Sequence record: SRR16203515_8910
Length of the DNA: 34,626 bases
Direction: 5' to 3' (one strand)
Position numbers and translations under genes: made by a program. The notes under the pieces were generated by a model, which worked only from the letters and a program-made list of their open reading frames with translations, searched no databases and was not told the origin of the DNA. How positions within the stretch are numbered: position 1 is the stretch's first letter; each line of letters opens with the position of its first letter. Below, in pieces: positions 9,818 to 20,196 of the stretch.

Positions 9818-10615
9818 TCAGCGTCTATCGTAGTTCACTTTTTTCTGAGGGTGTTGGTAATAGCCCTGTTTCAGCAAGCGTTTGAAGCGGGTAAGCTTAC
9901 CCTCTAAGGTCAGCTCTTCTAACCCCTTATTAAATAACTCAAGCACCAATTGACTATTGCTTCTGTCTTTCGGGATCAGTAAGTGTGTCGTTACCGTTGA
10001 AAGGTAGGGCTTAATAGGCATCACGTCTTGGCGTTGTTGAGCAGAAAAGTCACGTTGAAGTAAATACCATCCGGTGAGTTCATCAATGGGGAAAATATCG
10101 ATATCGCCCTCAACTAAGGCCTCAAGGTTAGCTTGGTCGTTGTCTTTAACCACCACGCCTTCCTGGTCTTTTATGTAGCCCCCTAGCTCGTCATTATATA
10201 GGTAACCTTTTGTTACCCCCATGGTGAAAGGTGCAAAATCGCTGAGCTCTTCCCACGTAGTAGGGCCTGACTCTTTATTCGCGTAAAAAACCAAGCTTTC
10301 TGCGGTAATAGGTTTGCTATGAAAGAACTCATCTTCCCGTGAGCGCACAAAGTTACCGTAAGACACCGCGTCGTACTCGCCATTGAGACTAGCCTCTAGT
10401 GCTTCATCCCAAGGCAAGGTTACAAACTCAACCACCACACCTACTTCCAAAAATGCATCTTCAATGATGTGGTTGATGTAGCCATTGTGCTGCATATCGC
10501 TGGAGGTATAGGGTGCATAGTCGGTGGTCGCAATTTTTAATTTTAACCACGCATGTGCGTTACTTTGAAACGGAATAAATAGGAGTAAAAAAGTCAGTGT
10601 TATCAGAAGTCGCAT
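9818..10615 (-). CDS. Periplasmic substrate-binding protein (family 3 / PBP2 fold)
   Basis: Signal peptide; YAPY, FVTLPW, GVTKGYLY, GDIDIFP, FNKGL; RBS AAGGAG. Confidence 0.85.
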   Translation of the reverse strand: MRLLITLTFLLLFIPFQSNAHAWLKLKIATTDYAPYTSSDMQHNGYINHIIEDAFLEVGVVVEFVTLPWDEALEASLNGEYDAVSYGNFVRSREDEFFHSKPITAESLVFYANKESGPTTWEELSDFAPFTMGVTKGYLYNDELGGYIKDQEGVVVKDNDQANLEALVEGDIDIFPIDELTGWYLLQRDFSAQQRQDVMPIKPYLSTVTTHLLIPKDRSNSQLVLELFNKGLEELTLEGKLTRFKRLLKQGYYQHPQKKVNYDRR

Positions 10616-10633
10616 AGTCAGCTCCTTAATCGG

Positions 10634-11752
10634 CTAAAAGTAAATGCCAAGGTTAATGTTGAGTCTGTGTGTGGTTTCTTGTCGGCCACCTAAGTCCAAC
10701 CCAACCCCTGGTCCGCCTGAAAACCACATATTGCGCCCTCGAATACTATCTACATACACAAACAACTTATCCCATCCAAAACTACAGCCGTTGATCCACT
10801 GTGATGAGTTTTTACCGCTGTCATCTTCCCCCTTTGCCACACTGTATTCAGAGTAACAGGTAACCGATTTTATATGAGTAAACTTATAAGGCACTGAATA
10901 AACGAGGTTTGCCGAATAGGTTTCGCCATCAGCGGCCGCTAAGAAAGGAAAGGTAAATGAGGATAAGGCAATACGATCATCTAATTGCCCCTCGGGTACC
11001 GCTAAATCATACTCGTAGTCGATATATTGAAGCTCTACTTTCACATCGCCCTGAGTATGACGCAGGTGAGCGGCATACGCACTCATGTCACCTTCATCTA
11101 GGGTATCGATATTCAAAATATTACCATATTGATAAGACAGGCCCATTTCGGTAGTTCCGCCTCGAATAAACCTACCCGTGTAGTTGGCCCTTAGATTGTA
11201 TTGACCATCTTCTTTGTTACGGTATTCCCCGTCGTCGGCCACATCAAAGGAATAACGACCGAACTCTGCCGCATCATTGTATTCATCATTCATGAAATAC
11301 GCGGCTTGAAAATCCCAGTCACCCCGTCGATGGTTGATTTTTATACCGGCATCATAGTCGTCTTCAAACCCCAGATAATAATTGACCGAAAACTAAAAGT
11401 TATTACTGCCGAAGGGCTGAAGCCCAAACGGGGTTTGTGTAATACCTGCGGTGATCTCGGTCTCTTCATCGTAGTGATAAGTGAGATCGGCAAACCGAAC
11501 GGTGTCAAAGTCGGTATTCTCGTACCAGCGATATTCGGCTTTATAACTAAACTGATCAGAACTCCCTGCCACGCCTAATTTAAATGACTCAAACTCAAAG
11601 CCATCGCGAAAGTCGGGAAGCTGCCAGTCTTGGTGGCCATAGTTAACGCGAACGTGCCCAGAAAGGGTAAAAGGGAGTGATTCTGCCTTAACATGACTCA
11701 TAAAGCTGGCATTGAGTAACGTTAAGGAAAGTACCGGCAGTAATTTTTTCAT
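10634..11752 (-). pseudogene. Outer-membrane porin interrupted by an in-frame TAG at 11393-11395
   Basis: The two track ORFs share one frame (1119 nt). Joined read: ...GSNNF*FSVNYYLGFEDDYDAG... Signal peptide and C-terminal beta-signal NLGIYF. Confidence 0.85.
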
Positions 11753-12076
11753 TCCTCATCCTGTACATCAACATTGATATTAGTGGGCAATAATGCTCAG
11801 GCTAACATCATAATTATTCCGTTATTAATAAATAGATAGAGTAAAGCTTACAAAAAGATCATTTGCAATGTATGTAAGGGTTGTCGGATATTTACCATTT
11901 TAGCTATTTATTTTTTATTAAAGCGCGGGTTAATCATCTTTTTCGCTATGCGAATTAACGCATAGTAGTAACTGTTAGGTGGCCATTTAGGTAAACTTCA
12001 CGTTGATTTGCTGGCTTCGCTCAGTAAACTGCACAAAGCATATTCTCGGGTAAATGAGGTAAACACATTGCAGGCG

Positions 12077-12379
12077 ATGAAACGCTCTATACTGGCTGAC
12101 ATTATTGCGATTGCAGCGATTGCCCTATTGGTGGCGCTGACATTTTACTGGATAGAAGCTCGCCGAGAAATTATGGTGCTGTGTGACAACTTTCAGCCCG
12201 GCGTGAGCAAAATAAGTGTTGAAAGACAATTAGGCACTGCCGAACTGTTGCTTTACGAAACCCAATTTATCGCCAATGGCAGTCGCATACATGCCTACAG
12301 CCCTTTGCATATGGGCATGATGAGCTGTCGTGTCGACTTCAGTAAACAAGATATTGTTGTCTACTCGGCCGTAGAATGA
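12077..12379 (+). CDS. Hypothetical membrane-anchored protein
   Basis: ATG 12077; N-terminal TM followed by LCDNFQPG. Confidence 0.65.
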   Translation: MKRSILADIIAIAAIALLVALTFYWIEARREIMVLCDNFQPGVSKISVERQLGTAELLLYETQFIANGSRIHAYSPLHMGMMSCRVDFSKQDIVVYSAVE

Positions 12380-12570
12380 GCGCTTAAAAAGCCCCAAATC
12401 GGTGCATCGTTTACATGTAGTCAACAGCGCATTCACCTGATTGATAAAACTCGTAAAGGCAGCCATACCCAGTGGCGATTTTACGTCCATACAGATATAG
12501 GCCACTCGCTATAACCTAGGCGCTTGTAAACGTATAATTACGGTAAGTTTTCTCAACCCAAGTTCTTGTC

Positions 12571-13233
12571 ATGCAAAAAACAACACACAGTGTCATTGAG
12601 GATATTTTTGCCTTAGTAAGCGCAGGCTTGTTTGTGGCGTTTGGCGTTTTTCTATTCCAATCGCAAGATTTGATGGTTGGCGGGGCGGCAGGCTTGGCCT
12701 TGTTAGCCACACATGCAATAGATTTAGATTTTGGCGTGCTCTTCTTCCTTATTAACGTGCCCTTCTATGCCTTAGCATGGACGCAAATTAGTAAGCGCTT
12801 CACGTTAAATACATTTATCTCGGTCACCACAGTGTCGATTTTAACTGAACAGATCCCCGCGTTTGTCGACATTAGCCATGTGAACCCCTTTTTTGCAGCG
12901 GTATTCGGCGGCATTTTGATTGGCGTGGGCATGTTGATCATGTTTCGTCATAGCTCCAGTTTAGGTGGCGTAGGCATATTAGCGTTTTACCTTCAAAACA
13001 AGTACAACTTGCGTGCGGGCACGTTCCAACTGGCAGTAGACAGCAGTATTTTAATTAGCGCCCTTTACTTTATTGATTGGTATCTCGTACTAATTTCAAT
13101 TCTGGCGGCGTTATGTTTGAACATGGTGATTTCACTCAACCACCGTCCAGAGCGCTACTTTCCGGTAGTGGGGGACAAAAGTGAAAAGCAGGAACCCACC
13201 ATAGACCCTGATCTTCACCCGCAAAATAGCTAA
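12571..13233 (+). CDS. YitT-family membrane protein
   Basis: GGAAGLA, FFLINVPFY, SSLGGVGILA, NHRPERY. Confidence 0.9.
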   Translation: MQKTTHSVIEDIFALVSAGLFVAFGVFLFQSQDLMVGGAAGLALLATHAIDLDFGVLFFLINVPFYALAWTQISKRFTLNTFISVTTVSILTEQIPAFVDISHVNPFFAAVFGGILIGVGMLIMFRHSSSLGGVGILAFYLQNKYNLRAGTFQLAVDSSILISALYFIDWYLVLISILAALCLNMVISLNHRPERYFPVVGDKSEKQEPTIDPDLHPQNS

Positions 13234-13234
13234 T

Positions 13235-13285
13235 AAAAAGCCCGCGGATGGCCTACATCACTTTGATGATGTGCCATCAGCGGGC
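13235..13285. terminator. Long hairpin terminator between the convergent YitT-family gene and alr
   Basis: AAAAAGCCCGC-GGATGGC...GCCATC-AGCGGGC; U-tract on the minus strand. Confidence 0.65.
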
Positions 13286-13318
13286 CTATCCTAATTTTTT
13301 CGCTTCTCTCGTTACGGG

Positions 13319-14389
13319 TTATTTGTACTTCACAATACGCGGCACACGAGCAGACACACGGGTCATTAGCTCATAATCTATGGTGCCTGCGGCCTCGGCG
13401 ACTTGCCCGATACTGACCTTTTCACCCCACAGTTCTACGGAATCACCCACAGACACGTTTGCTAAATGCGTGACATCAATCGTGATCATGTCCATTGATA
13501 CGCGCCCAACGAGGGTTGCCGGCTGTCCATTTACCGCGACTGGTGTTCCATTAGGGCAATGTCTGGGGTAACCATCGGCATAGCCGATACCTACCGTGGC
13601 TATTTTACTTGGCTGGGTTGCTGTCCATGTTTGGCCATACCCCACCGACTCGCCTTTTTCTATCTCACGCAGGGCAATAATGCTACTGCGTAATGTCATG
13701 GCAGGCGCAAGTGCCAAGTCGGCCTCGCGAAAACCGCCATACACTGCAATACCCAGACGGTTCCAACTGCCATGACTTGCCGACCATTGAATAGTGGCCG
13801 GCGAATTGGCCACACTTACGCCTAATTTCGTGCGCGTCGCCACTTGCATAAAGGCGTCAATTTGATGCTGGGTAAACGGGTTAGTCCTGTCATCGGCACA
13901 GGCTAAATGGGTGACTAACACGGTGTCGTCATTTAATACCCCTGCGGACTGATACTTGTGTAAGATCGCTTCTACATCATGCACCGCAAAACCAAGTCGG
14001 TGCATGCCGCTATCTACTTTTAGCCATACTTGCGGGCGCAATGCACTGGGGCAAGCCTTAAGCCATGATAGCTGTTGCTCGTTATGGGTAACTAAAATGC
14101 AATTATGGGTAGCGGCCATCTCGCATTCTTTGCGTTGATGCGCCCCTTCTAACACCACGATAGGCGCGGTAATACCAGCGTGCCTAAGAGCAATGGCCTC
14201 TTCAATAATGGCCACCGCGAATCGTGGAGATACGTGTTTTAATATGCGCGCCACGTTAACGGCACCATGGCCATATGCGTCGGCTTTAATAACAGCCATA
14301 GACTGACTGTGAGGGGCAATGGCCGCCAACGCCTTGAAGTTTTGAATGATGGCATCGGCATGAATAATAGCTTGGGTTTGTCGGCTCAC
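13319..14389 (-). CDS. alr: Alanine racemase
   Basis: AVIKADAYGHG (PLP Lys), KVDSGMHRLG, VGYG, GYADG, GRVSMD. Confidence 0.96.
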   Translation of the reverse strand: MSRQTQAIIHADAIIQNFKALAAIAPHSQSMAVIKADAYGHGAVNVARILKHVSPRFAVAIIEEAIALRHAGITAPIVVLEGAHQRKECEMAATHNCILVTHNEQQLSWLKACPSALRPQVWLKVDSGMHRLGFAVHDVEAILHKYQSAGVLNDDTVLVTHLACADDRTNPFTQHQIDAFMQVATRTKLGVSVANSPATIQWSASHGSWNRLGIAVYGGFREADLALAPAMTLRSSIIALREIEKGESVGYGQTWTATQPSKIATVGIGYADGYPRHCPNGTPVAVNGQPATLVGRVSMDMITIDVTHLANVSVGDSVELWGEKVSIGQVAEAAGTIDYELMTRVSARVPRIVKYK

Positions 14390-14564
14390 GAGGGCAATGT
14401 GTTCCTTACGTACAGTGCAGGCGCTCAGTGTAACATGACTTATCAGGAATCAAATTCAACACAGCTTAATTTTATGCTCAGACAGACGGGCCGGGATGAT
14501 TTTTTATAACAATCGCGGCTACAATGGGGCATGATGACGCCGTTTAAATAAATAAGGTCTAGCT

Positions 14565-15500
14565 ATGCAACCACCCGCCCCCGATAACAGTATTAATACT
14601 CTCGCCAAAGACTTAGCGCGGATAGTGTCAGAAGGCAGAAACCCTACGACCATGGATATAGATACTCTATCCACCGAGGGCATGTTGGCACGTATTAATC
14701 ATGAAGATGGGAAAGTGGCGCCCGCGGTAGCAAAAGAAATACCTGCCATTGCACGTACCGTTGATGCCGCCGCTCAAAGTATTAGCAAGGGCGGTCGCTT
14801 GATTTACATGGGCGCGGGCACCAGCGGCCGACTAGGGGTATTAGACGCCGTTGAATGTCGTCCCACCTTCAGCGTACCCGACACTTTGGTGGTGGGCATT
14901 ATCGCTGGCGGGGAAAAAGCTATTCAGCATGCGGTAGAAGGGGCGGAAGATAACGTGGCAGCAGGACGTGATGATCTCGCGGCTATCCAACTTACCGAAA
15001 ATGATACTGTGGTAGGCCTATCGGCAAGTGGAAGAACTCCCTATGTGTGTGGCGGTCTTGCGTATGCCCAGTCGTTAGGTTGTCGTACCGCCGCCATCGC
15101 CTGTAGTCCTAATGCCGCCATCTTTGATCACGCCGATATCACTATATGCCCGGTTGTTGGCCCAGAAGCACTGACTGGCTCTACCCGCATGAAGTCAGGC
15201 ACAGCACAAAAGTTAATTCTCAATATGTTAAGCACCGCGACCATGATAAAGCTCGGCAAAACCTACGAAAACTTGATGGTAGACGTTAATGCCAGTAACG
15301 ATAAGCTAAAAGCGCGGGCGCTGCGCATCGTGATGCAAGCCACAGAGTGTGACGAGCAGCATGCAGTTGATGCCCTAAAGGCAGCCAATAACAATGCTAA
15401 GGTAGCAATATTAATGCTCCTCACCCAGGTTGATGCTGCGACCGCTCTTGAACGTTTGCAGCAACACCAAGGGTATTTACGCCATGCCGTTGAGCGCTAA
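14565..15500 (+). CDS. murQ: N-acetylmuramic acid 6-phosphate etherase
   Basis: GAGTSGRLGVLDAVECRPTF, EGAED, GPEALTGSTRMKSGTAQK, NLMVDV. Confidence 0.97.
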   Translation: MQPPAPDNSINTLAKDLARIVSEGRNPTTMDIDTLSTEGMLARINHEDGKVAPAVAKEIPAIARTVDAAAQSISKGGRLIYMGAGTSGRLGVLDAVECRPTFSVPDTLVVGIIAGGEKAIQHAVEGAEDNVAAGRDDLAAIQLTENDTVVGLSASGRTPYVCGGLAYAQSLGCRTAAIACSPNAAIFDHADITICPVVGPEALTGSTRMKSGTAQKLILNMLSTATMIKLGKTYENLMVDVNASNDKLKARALRIVMQATECDEQHAVDALKAANNNAKVAILMLLTQVDAATALERLQQHQGYLRHAVER

Positions 15501-15606
15501 ATTCATGGTGCAGAGCGCTAGGTTATTATTACGCCTGACCACCCTGAACGTAGGTAAACGAAGCCCTATGGAGGCATTTCACAGCGCTAGCCTGAGGCTA
15601 GGCAGC

Positions 15607-16926
15607 GTGAAACTAAAAAACCAGTGCCAAGGGCTGACTTCATGGGTATTCATTACTGCCCTCGTTATCCTCTGCGCTGGTATACTGGGCGTCTATTCTG
15701 CTTCTGTCTATGCCAATGAGAACAATACGTCACAGTGGCAACACGCCCAGCTAAAAGATGTAGGGGCGGCGCAATTTGCACAATATGTTCCCTACCTGAC
15801 CAATAAACAGGTAGCCTTGGTGGTAAACCAAAGTGCCGTGGTGCCCGCGAAGAATCAAACAGATACTAGGTTACCAGAACACAATGCAGCTCGTTCTGCG
15901 CGGTTAAAAAAGCCAGCAGCCCATCGCCATCTTGTTGATGCCCTACTCGCCAAGGGCATTAATATTGTGCGCATATTATCCCCCGAACACGGATTTCGCG
16001 GTGACAAAGGTGCAGGCGTAGTCATTGATCATGAAGTGGATGCGCGCACCGGCCTGCCGATTAAATCACTCTATGGTAAAACCAAGAAACCCAGCCGGGC
16101 TATGCTAGAAGGCATTGACCTGTTGGTGTTTGATTTACAGGATGTGGGGGTGCGCTTTTATACCTACCTCAGTACCCTACATTACGTGTTAGAAGCCGCC
16201 GCATTACATAACATCGAAGTGATTGTGTTAGATAGGCCGAACCCTAACGGGGCGCTAACCGATGGCCCCACGTTATCGTTAGCCTTTCAATCTTTTATCG
16301 GCATGCACCCTATTCCTGTTTTGCATGGAATGACGCTTGGCGAACTCGCGCTGATGATAAAAGGAGAAGCCTGGATTGATAGGGCGCAGGATCTTAGGCT
16401 AACGGTTATCCCGGTGAACAATTACCATAAGCAAATGCGCTACAGTCTGCCCGTCGCCCCTAGCCCAAACTTACCTAATGATACTGCTATTGCTCTATAC
16501 CCCACCCTAGGCTTTTTTGAAGGGACAGATGTCAGTATTGGCCGAGGTACAGATACGCCATTTCAATTAATCGGCCACCCTAGGGTGGCACTCGGTGAAA
16601 GCACCATTATGGTCACTCCTAACGCAGCAGCCCCCTCGCCAAAACATGAGGGCAAGAAGCTGCAAGCCCAGTATCTGGCCCGCGATACTATGTATGGTCT
16701 TAGCACTGGCCTGTCGGTGGAAACATGGGTAGAGGCATATCAAAGGTTTGCCGAAATCGACACGCCGTTTTTTACCCGCCCGGCGTTTTTCGACAAATTA
16801 GCGGGTTCATCATTATTACGCCAACAACTGAGTGAGGGTGAAACGGCAGCCGCAATCCGTGCCAGCTGGCAGGCCGACTTAAAGGCATTTAAACAAAAAC
16901 GCGCACCTTATCTGCTGTATCCATGA
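15607..16926 (+). CDS. namZ: Exo-beta-N-acetylmuramidase NamZ (DUF1343/YbbC, GH171), exported
   Basis: SPEHGFRG, SLYG, FDLQDVGVRFYTY, LDRPNP, HGMTLGE, PSPNL, GRGT, YLLY. Start set at GTG 15607 (RBS GAGG, signal peptide); the start is uncertain. Confidence 0.9.
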   Translation: MKLKNQCQGLTSWVFITALVILCAGILGVYSASVYANENNTSQWQHAQLKDVGAAQFAQYVPYLTNKQVALVVNQSAVVPAKNQTDTRLPEHNAARSARLKKPAAHRHLVDALLAKGINIVRILSPEHGFRGDKGAGVVIDHEVDARTGLPIKSLYGKTKKPSRAMLEGIDLLVFDLQDVGVRFYTYLSTLHYVLEAAALHNIEVIVLDRPNPNGALTDGPTLSLAFQSFIGMHPIPVLHGMTLGELALMIKGEAWIDRAQDLRLTVIPVNNYHKQMRYSLPVAPSPNLPNDTAIALYPTLGFFEGTDVSIGRGTDTPFQLIGHPRVALGESTIMVTPNAAAPSPKHEGKKLQAQYLARDTMYGLSTGLSVETWVEAYQRFAEIDTPFFTRPAFFDKLAGSSLLRQQLSEGETAAAIRASWQADLKAFKQKRAPYLLYP

Positions 16927-16957
16927 GAGAGGTGATGCCAGCAGCGAAGCGGCCTAT

Positions 16958-18001
16958 TTATTCCTTATCCGGTTGGTCGTTAAGCTGGGCTAAGCGCGCC
17001 ACTAACTGCTCATGCTTGGCCTTTAACTGGCTTTTTTCATCGCCGTCAGCGGCCGCTATTTGTGCGTCTAATTGCGCTAGCTGTTCAGTGATCGCGTCGC
17101 GACTTTTGGCCTCTTTTTCAGCCTCCTCCGCTTTATCGAAAAGCAAGGCTTCGGGGCTGCTTTCAGCGTCGGAAGCCGCTGGCATCTGCTCATCTGAGGA
17201 TGACGCTGGGGGGATCATGGTGACGCCATCTTGCTGGGGCCGTTGATGCATAAAGGTGGGTGAGACAATTTCTATGCCCGCTCCATGCAGGGTGTCTAAC
17301 ACCGCTTTATGTAATCGTGAACGGGCACTGAGCATACTTTTTACCTCAGTGAGTAGCCCTGCTACCCGATAACTTACCGAAAAGTCTCCTAGCGCGATCA
17401 CCTGCACGAAGGGTTCACTCAAACCTGCGTGTTCGGCGGCACGCAGTAAATGGCGCTCCACAAGGCTGTGATGTAAATCGTAACCTAAACTTAAATCGAC
17501 CGACACTATGGCACCGGATGCCCGGGTAACGGTAACCGGTGAGTTCACCATTAAGGTATTTGAAAAAGCGATAAGTTCACGGGTTTCGGTTTGGATCTCT
17601 GTATCTAGTAAGCCCATTTCAGCCACCCGACCACTGTAGCCTTCTACCTTTATAAAATCGCCGACCCGAAAGGGTTTATTTACCCTTAGCACCAGCCCCG
17701 CCATTAAGCTGCCCACCATGGTGGTGGAGGAAAAGGCTATCACCCCAGATAACAGCACGCCGATAAGTGCTATCACTTGGTTTCGCGTACTCTCACTTAC
17801 CGGCAGACTCATTGCGATAGCAAGCAGACCAATAATAGTAAGTACTAACAAACCAAATTGACGAGGTAGTTTTTGTTCTTGCGTTAAATGGGTATGACGG
17901 GCCAACAGCCAGTAGTGTAATAGCCCTAAGGTTGCCACCACCATCACAACAGCAATAAGCAAGGGTAAGAAAGTGCTAATGATATGACCTATGTTTTCCA
18001 T
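16958..18001 (-). CDS. MscS-family mechanosensitive channel
   Basis: KPFRVGDFI, GRVAEMGL, GIEIVSP; acidic helical tail. Confidence 0.9.
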   Translation of the reverse strand: MENIGHIISTFLPLLIAVVMVVATLGLLHYWLLARHTHLTQEQKLPRQFGLLVLTIIGLLAIAMSLPVSESTRNQVIALIGVLLSGVIAFSSTTMVGSLMAGLVLRVNKPFRVGDFIKVEGYSGRVAEMGLLDTEIQTETRELIAFSNTLMVNSPVTVTRASGAIVSVDLSLGYDLHHSLVERHLLRAAEHAGLSEPFVQVIALGDFSVSYRVAGLLTEVKSMLSARSRLHKAVLDTLHGAGIEIVSPTFMHQRPQQDGVTMIPPASSSDEQMPAASDAESSPEALLFDKAEEAEKEAKSRDAITEQLAQLDAQIAAADGDEKSQLKAKHEQLVARLAQLNDQPDKE

Positions 18002-18046
18002 TGCTATTCCTGTTTGTGACCACGAAGCTGTGCTTCGCGGGAGTGA

Positions 18047-19945
18047 TTACTTGGTGCTGCTCGGCTGCTGCCAACTCACCGGTGAATAGCCATTTGCAGG
18101 CTGCTTACCGATAAGCGTTTGTACCAAAGCCTCAAGGGCTGCGCTGTGAATAGTATCAACATTAGTGGGGGTATACCCCACATTATAGCTAAAGGTAGCA
18201 ATGCCAATATCACTAACAGCTTGAAAGGTTTGCGCCACATAGGGCATGCGTAGCGGCGCAAAAATCACCTTTTTGTGCTGTTGCTGTGCTTTAGTCATTA
18301 GTGAAGCAACAAACTCATGGCGCTGACGTTGGCTAATGCGGTTTTTTACATCTATGGGGCTGTCAAAGTCGGCCATCTCATACACTGCATGTTCTGGGGT
18401 GATGTCACCCACCAGCACTACGTTAGCCTGCCCCATTAGACGCGAGACCGTTTGTTTTGTGGGTAACACGGTTAAGGGTATACAGGCTATATCGGTATCT
18501 GGGGATAAGGACATTATACTGCGGGTGACCGCATAACAGCGGGCGCTATCAGGCATTACCGCTAGCCATTTTTTATCTTTAATGGGTAATTGGGCTTTAC
18601 CGTACAGCACGGTAATTGCCGCCGCTGAAAGGGCTTTCTCAATATCTTGGTTACGCTGATGATACTGTTTTTCGCGCACTTCGTTTAGCCACCAGGCTAA
18701 GCCTTTTTGATAATACTCGCCCAATGGGAAGCTAGCTTTTAGCTTGCTGATCCTTTGCGCGGAAAGGCGCATTGCATTAGCCGCAACCTCCCCTTGCTTT
18801 ATACGGCTATGGAGCGCAGAAAAAAACTGCTCAAAGCCATCAATATTCGCTGGTGTACGAATGGTGTATGGCATAAGCGCGATATCTGCTCCCGCTTGAA
18901 AGGCTCGCAAGGTGGCGTCTTGTTGTGAAAAGAAGGTGGCAATACCGGCCATATCTAGCGCGTCAGTTACCACTACTCCTTGATAGCGCATCTGATCTCG
19001 TAGCAAGGTATGTAAAATCTTGCGCGATAAGGTGGCTGGCACGATTTGCTTGCGCCCATGTTTATCCATGATGCTGGTGTCATCTAACGCTGGGTACTGA
19101 ATATGTGCGCTCATCAGTAACGCAGGCGGCGAGGCGCTATTAATTATTTGTCGAAAGGGCAGCAAATCCCCCTCATTCGCCTGCTGTTCTGTATGGCTGA
19201 CCTGCGGCAAGCCGCTATGGCTATCTATCTGAGTATCACCGTGGCCGGGAAAATGTTTGATGGCACTGATCACGCCCTCAGCTTGCAAGCCTTTCACAAA
19301 AGCCTCACCTAAAGCCGCTACTTGCTCGGGGTTTTCGCCGAAGCTTCGCACATTGATCACGGGGTTTTTCGGCTCACTATTAATATCTACCGAGGGCGCA
19401 AAATTGGTATTGATGCCGAGAGGCCGCAGTACTCTAGCGATGCCTTGGGAGACATTTTCAGCAAACGCCGTACCGTGACGTCGAAAAGTAGCACCAATGG
19501 CCAGGTTACCGGGAAATGACGTAAGCATATGACTCGGTAACCGTGCTACCCGGCCACCTTCTTGGTCAACCGCAATAATGAGCGGTGGCTTGCCCGCCTC
19601 AGCCATGGCCGCCTGTAGCGCAAAGTTTAGCTTTACTAACTGTTGCGGACTCTCGATATTTTCGGCAAACAGAATAACCCCGCCAATATTATGTTTTACG
19701 AGGAGTTTTTTTAGAGACTCGGGAAGCGTGGTAACCGGGGTTCGACATGCCGACGCCTTGGTACCGTCATCACAAAAGTAACGCATGTCTAAAATCATAC
19801 GTTGCCCGAGCATATTACTGAGCTGACTGTCGTCAATGGGCTTAGCGAAGGCACCACTACCTGTGCCGATGAGGCTAACAAAAAACAGTGCGCACAATAC
19901 GACAGCGGTTCGCAAAGAGAAAAATCGATGATTCAAAAATAACAC
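18047..19945 (-). CDS. nagZ: Secreted two-domain GH3 beta-N-acetylhexosaminidase
   Basis: DQEGGRVAR, KHFPGHGDTQIDSH, MSAHI, VTDALDM; signal peptide. Confidence 0.9.
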   Translation of the reverse strand: MLFLNHRFFSLRTAVVLCALFFVSLIGTGSGAFAKPIDDSQLSNMLGQRMILDMRYFCDDGTKASACRTPVTTLPESLKKLLVKHNIGGVILFAENIESPQQLVKLNFALQAAMAEAGKPPLIIAVDQEGGRVARLPSHMLTSFPGNLAIGATFRRHGTAFAENVSQGIARVLRPLGINTNFAPSVDINSEPKNPVINVRSFGENPEQVAALGEAFVKGLQAEGVISAIKHFPGHGDTQIDSHSGLPQVSHTEQQANEGDLLPFRQIINSASPPALLMSAHIQYPALDDTSIMDKHGRKQIVPATLSRKILHTLLRDQMRYQGVVVTDALDMAGIATFFSQQDATLRAFQAGADIALMPYTIRTPANIDGFEQFFSALHSRIKQGEVAANAMRLSAQRISKLKASFPLGEYYQKGLAWWLNEVREKQYHQRNQDIEKALSAAAITVLYGKAQLPIKDKKWLAVMPDSARCYAVTRSIMSLSPDTDIACIPLTVLPTKQTVSRLMGQANVVLVGDITPEHAVYEMADFDSPIDVKNRISQRQRHEFVASLMTKAQQQHKKVIFAPLRMPYVAQTFQAVSDIGIATFSYNVGYTPTNVDTIHSAALEALVQTLIGKQPANGYSPVSWQQPSSTK

Positions 19946-20196
19946 CTTAGTCAGTGAATATTCCGCGGGTAAAACACCCTACGAGTGGGGCACCATGCAA
20001 AAGTATATAAAGTAAAATAAAATCATGGCAATGTTCTGGTAATTACTGCGTAGATTACGGTAGGCTTACACCTTAAGTTGTAGGTGCGCCCTTGTAAACA
20101 AAGTCCACCAACAAAATACCGTCATTAGGCCGAAAACCTTGTCTTCTTTTGCGTTCAGGCCAATTTCAAATTAACAACAACCGATTGGAAAGTAGT

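Noticed and set aside
11393..11395. Amber recoding or pyrrolysine readthrough
   Set aside because: TAG terminates many genes in this window and no pyl machinery is visible; a nonsense change is simpler
12230..12505. 91-aa minus-strand ORF
   Set aside because: Overlaps a better-supported gene antisense; no motif or RBS
15430..15606. Long N-terminal extension of NamZ
   Set aside because: Overlaps murQ and would bury the signal peptide; the downstream GTG has an RBS
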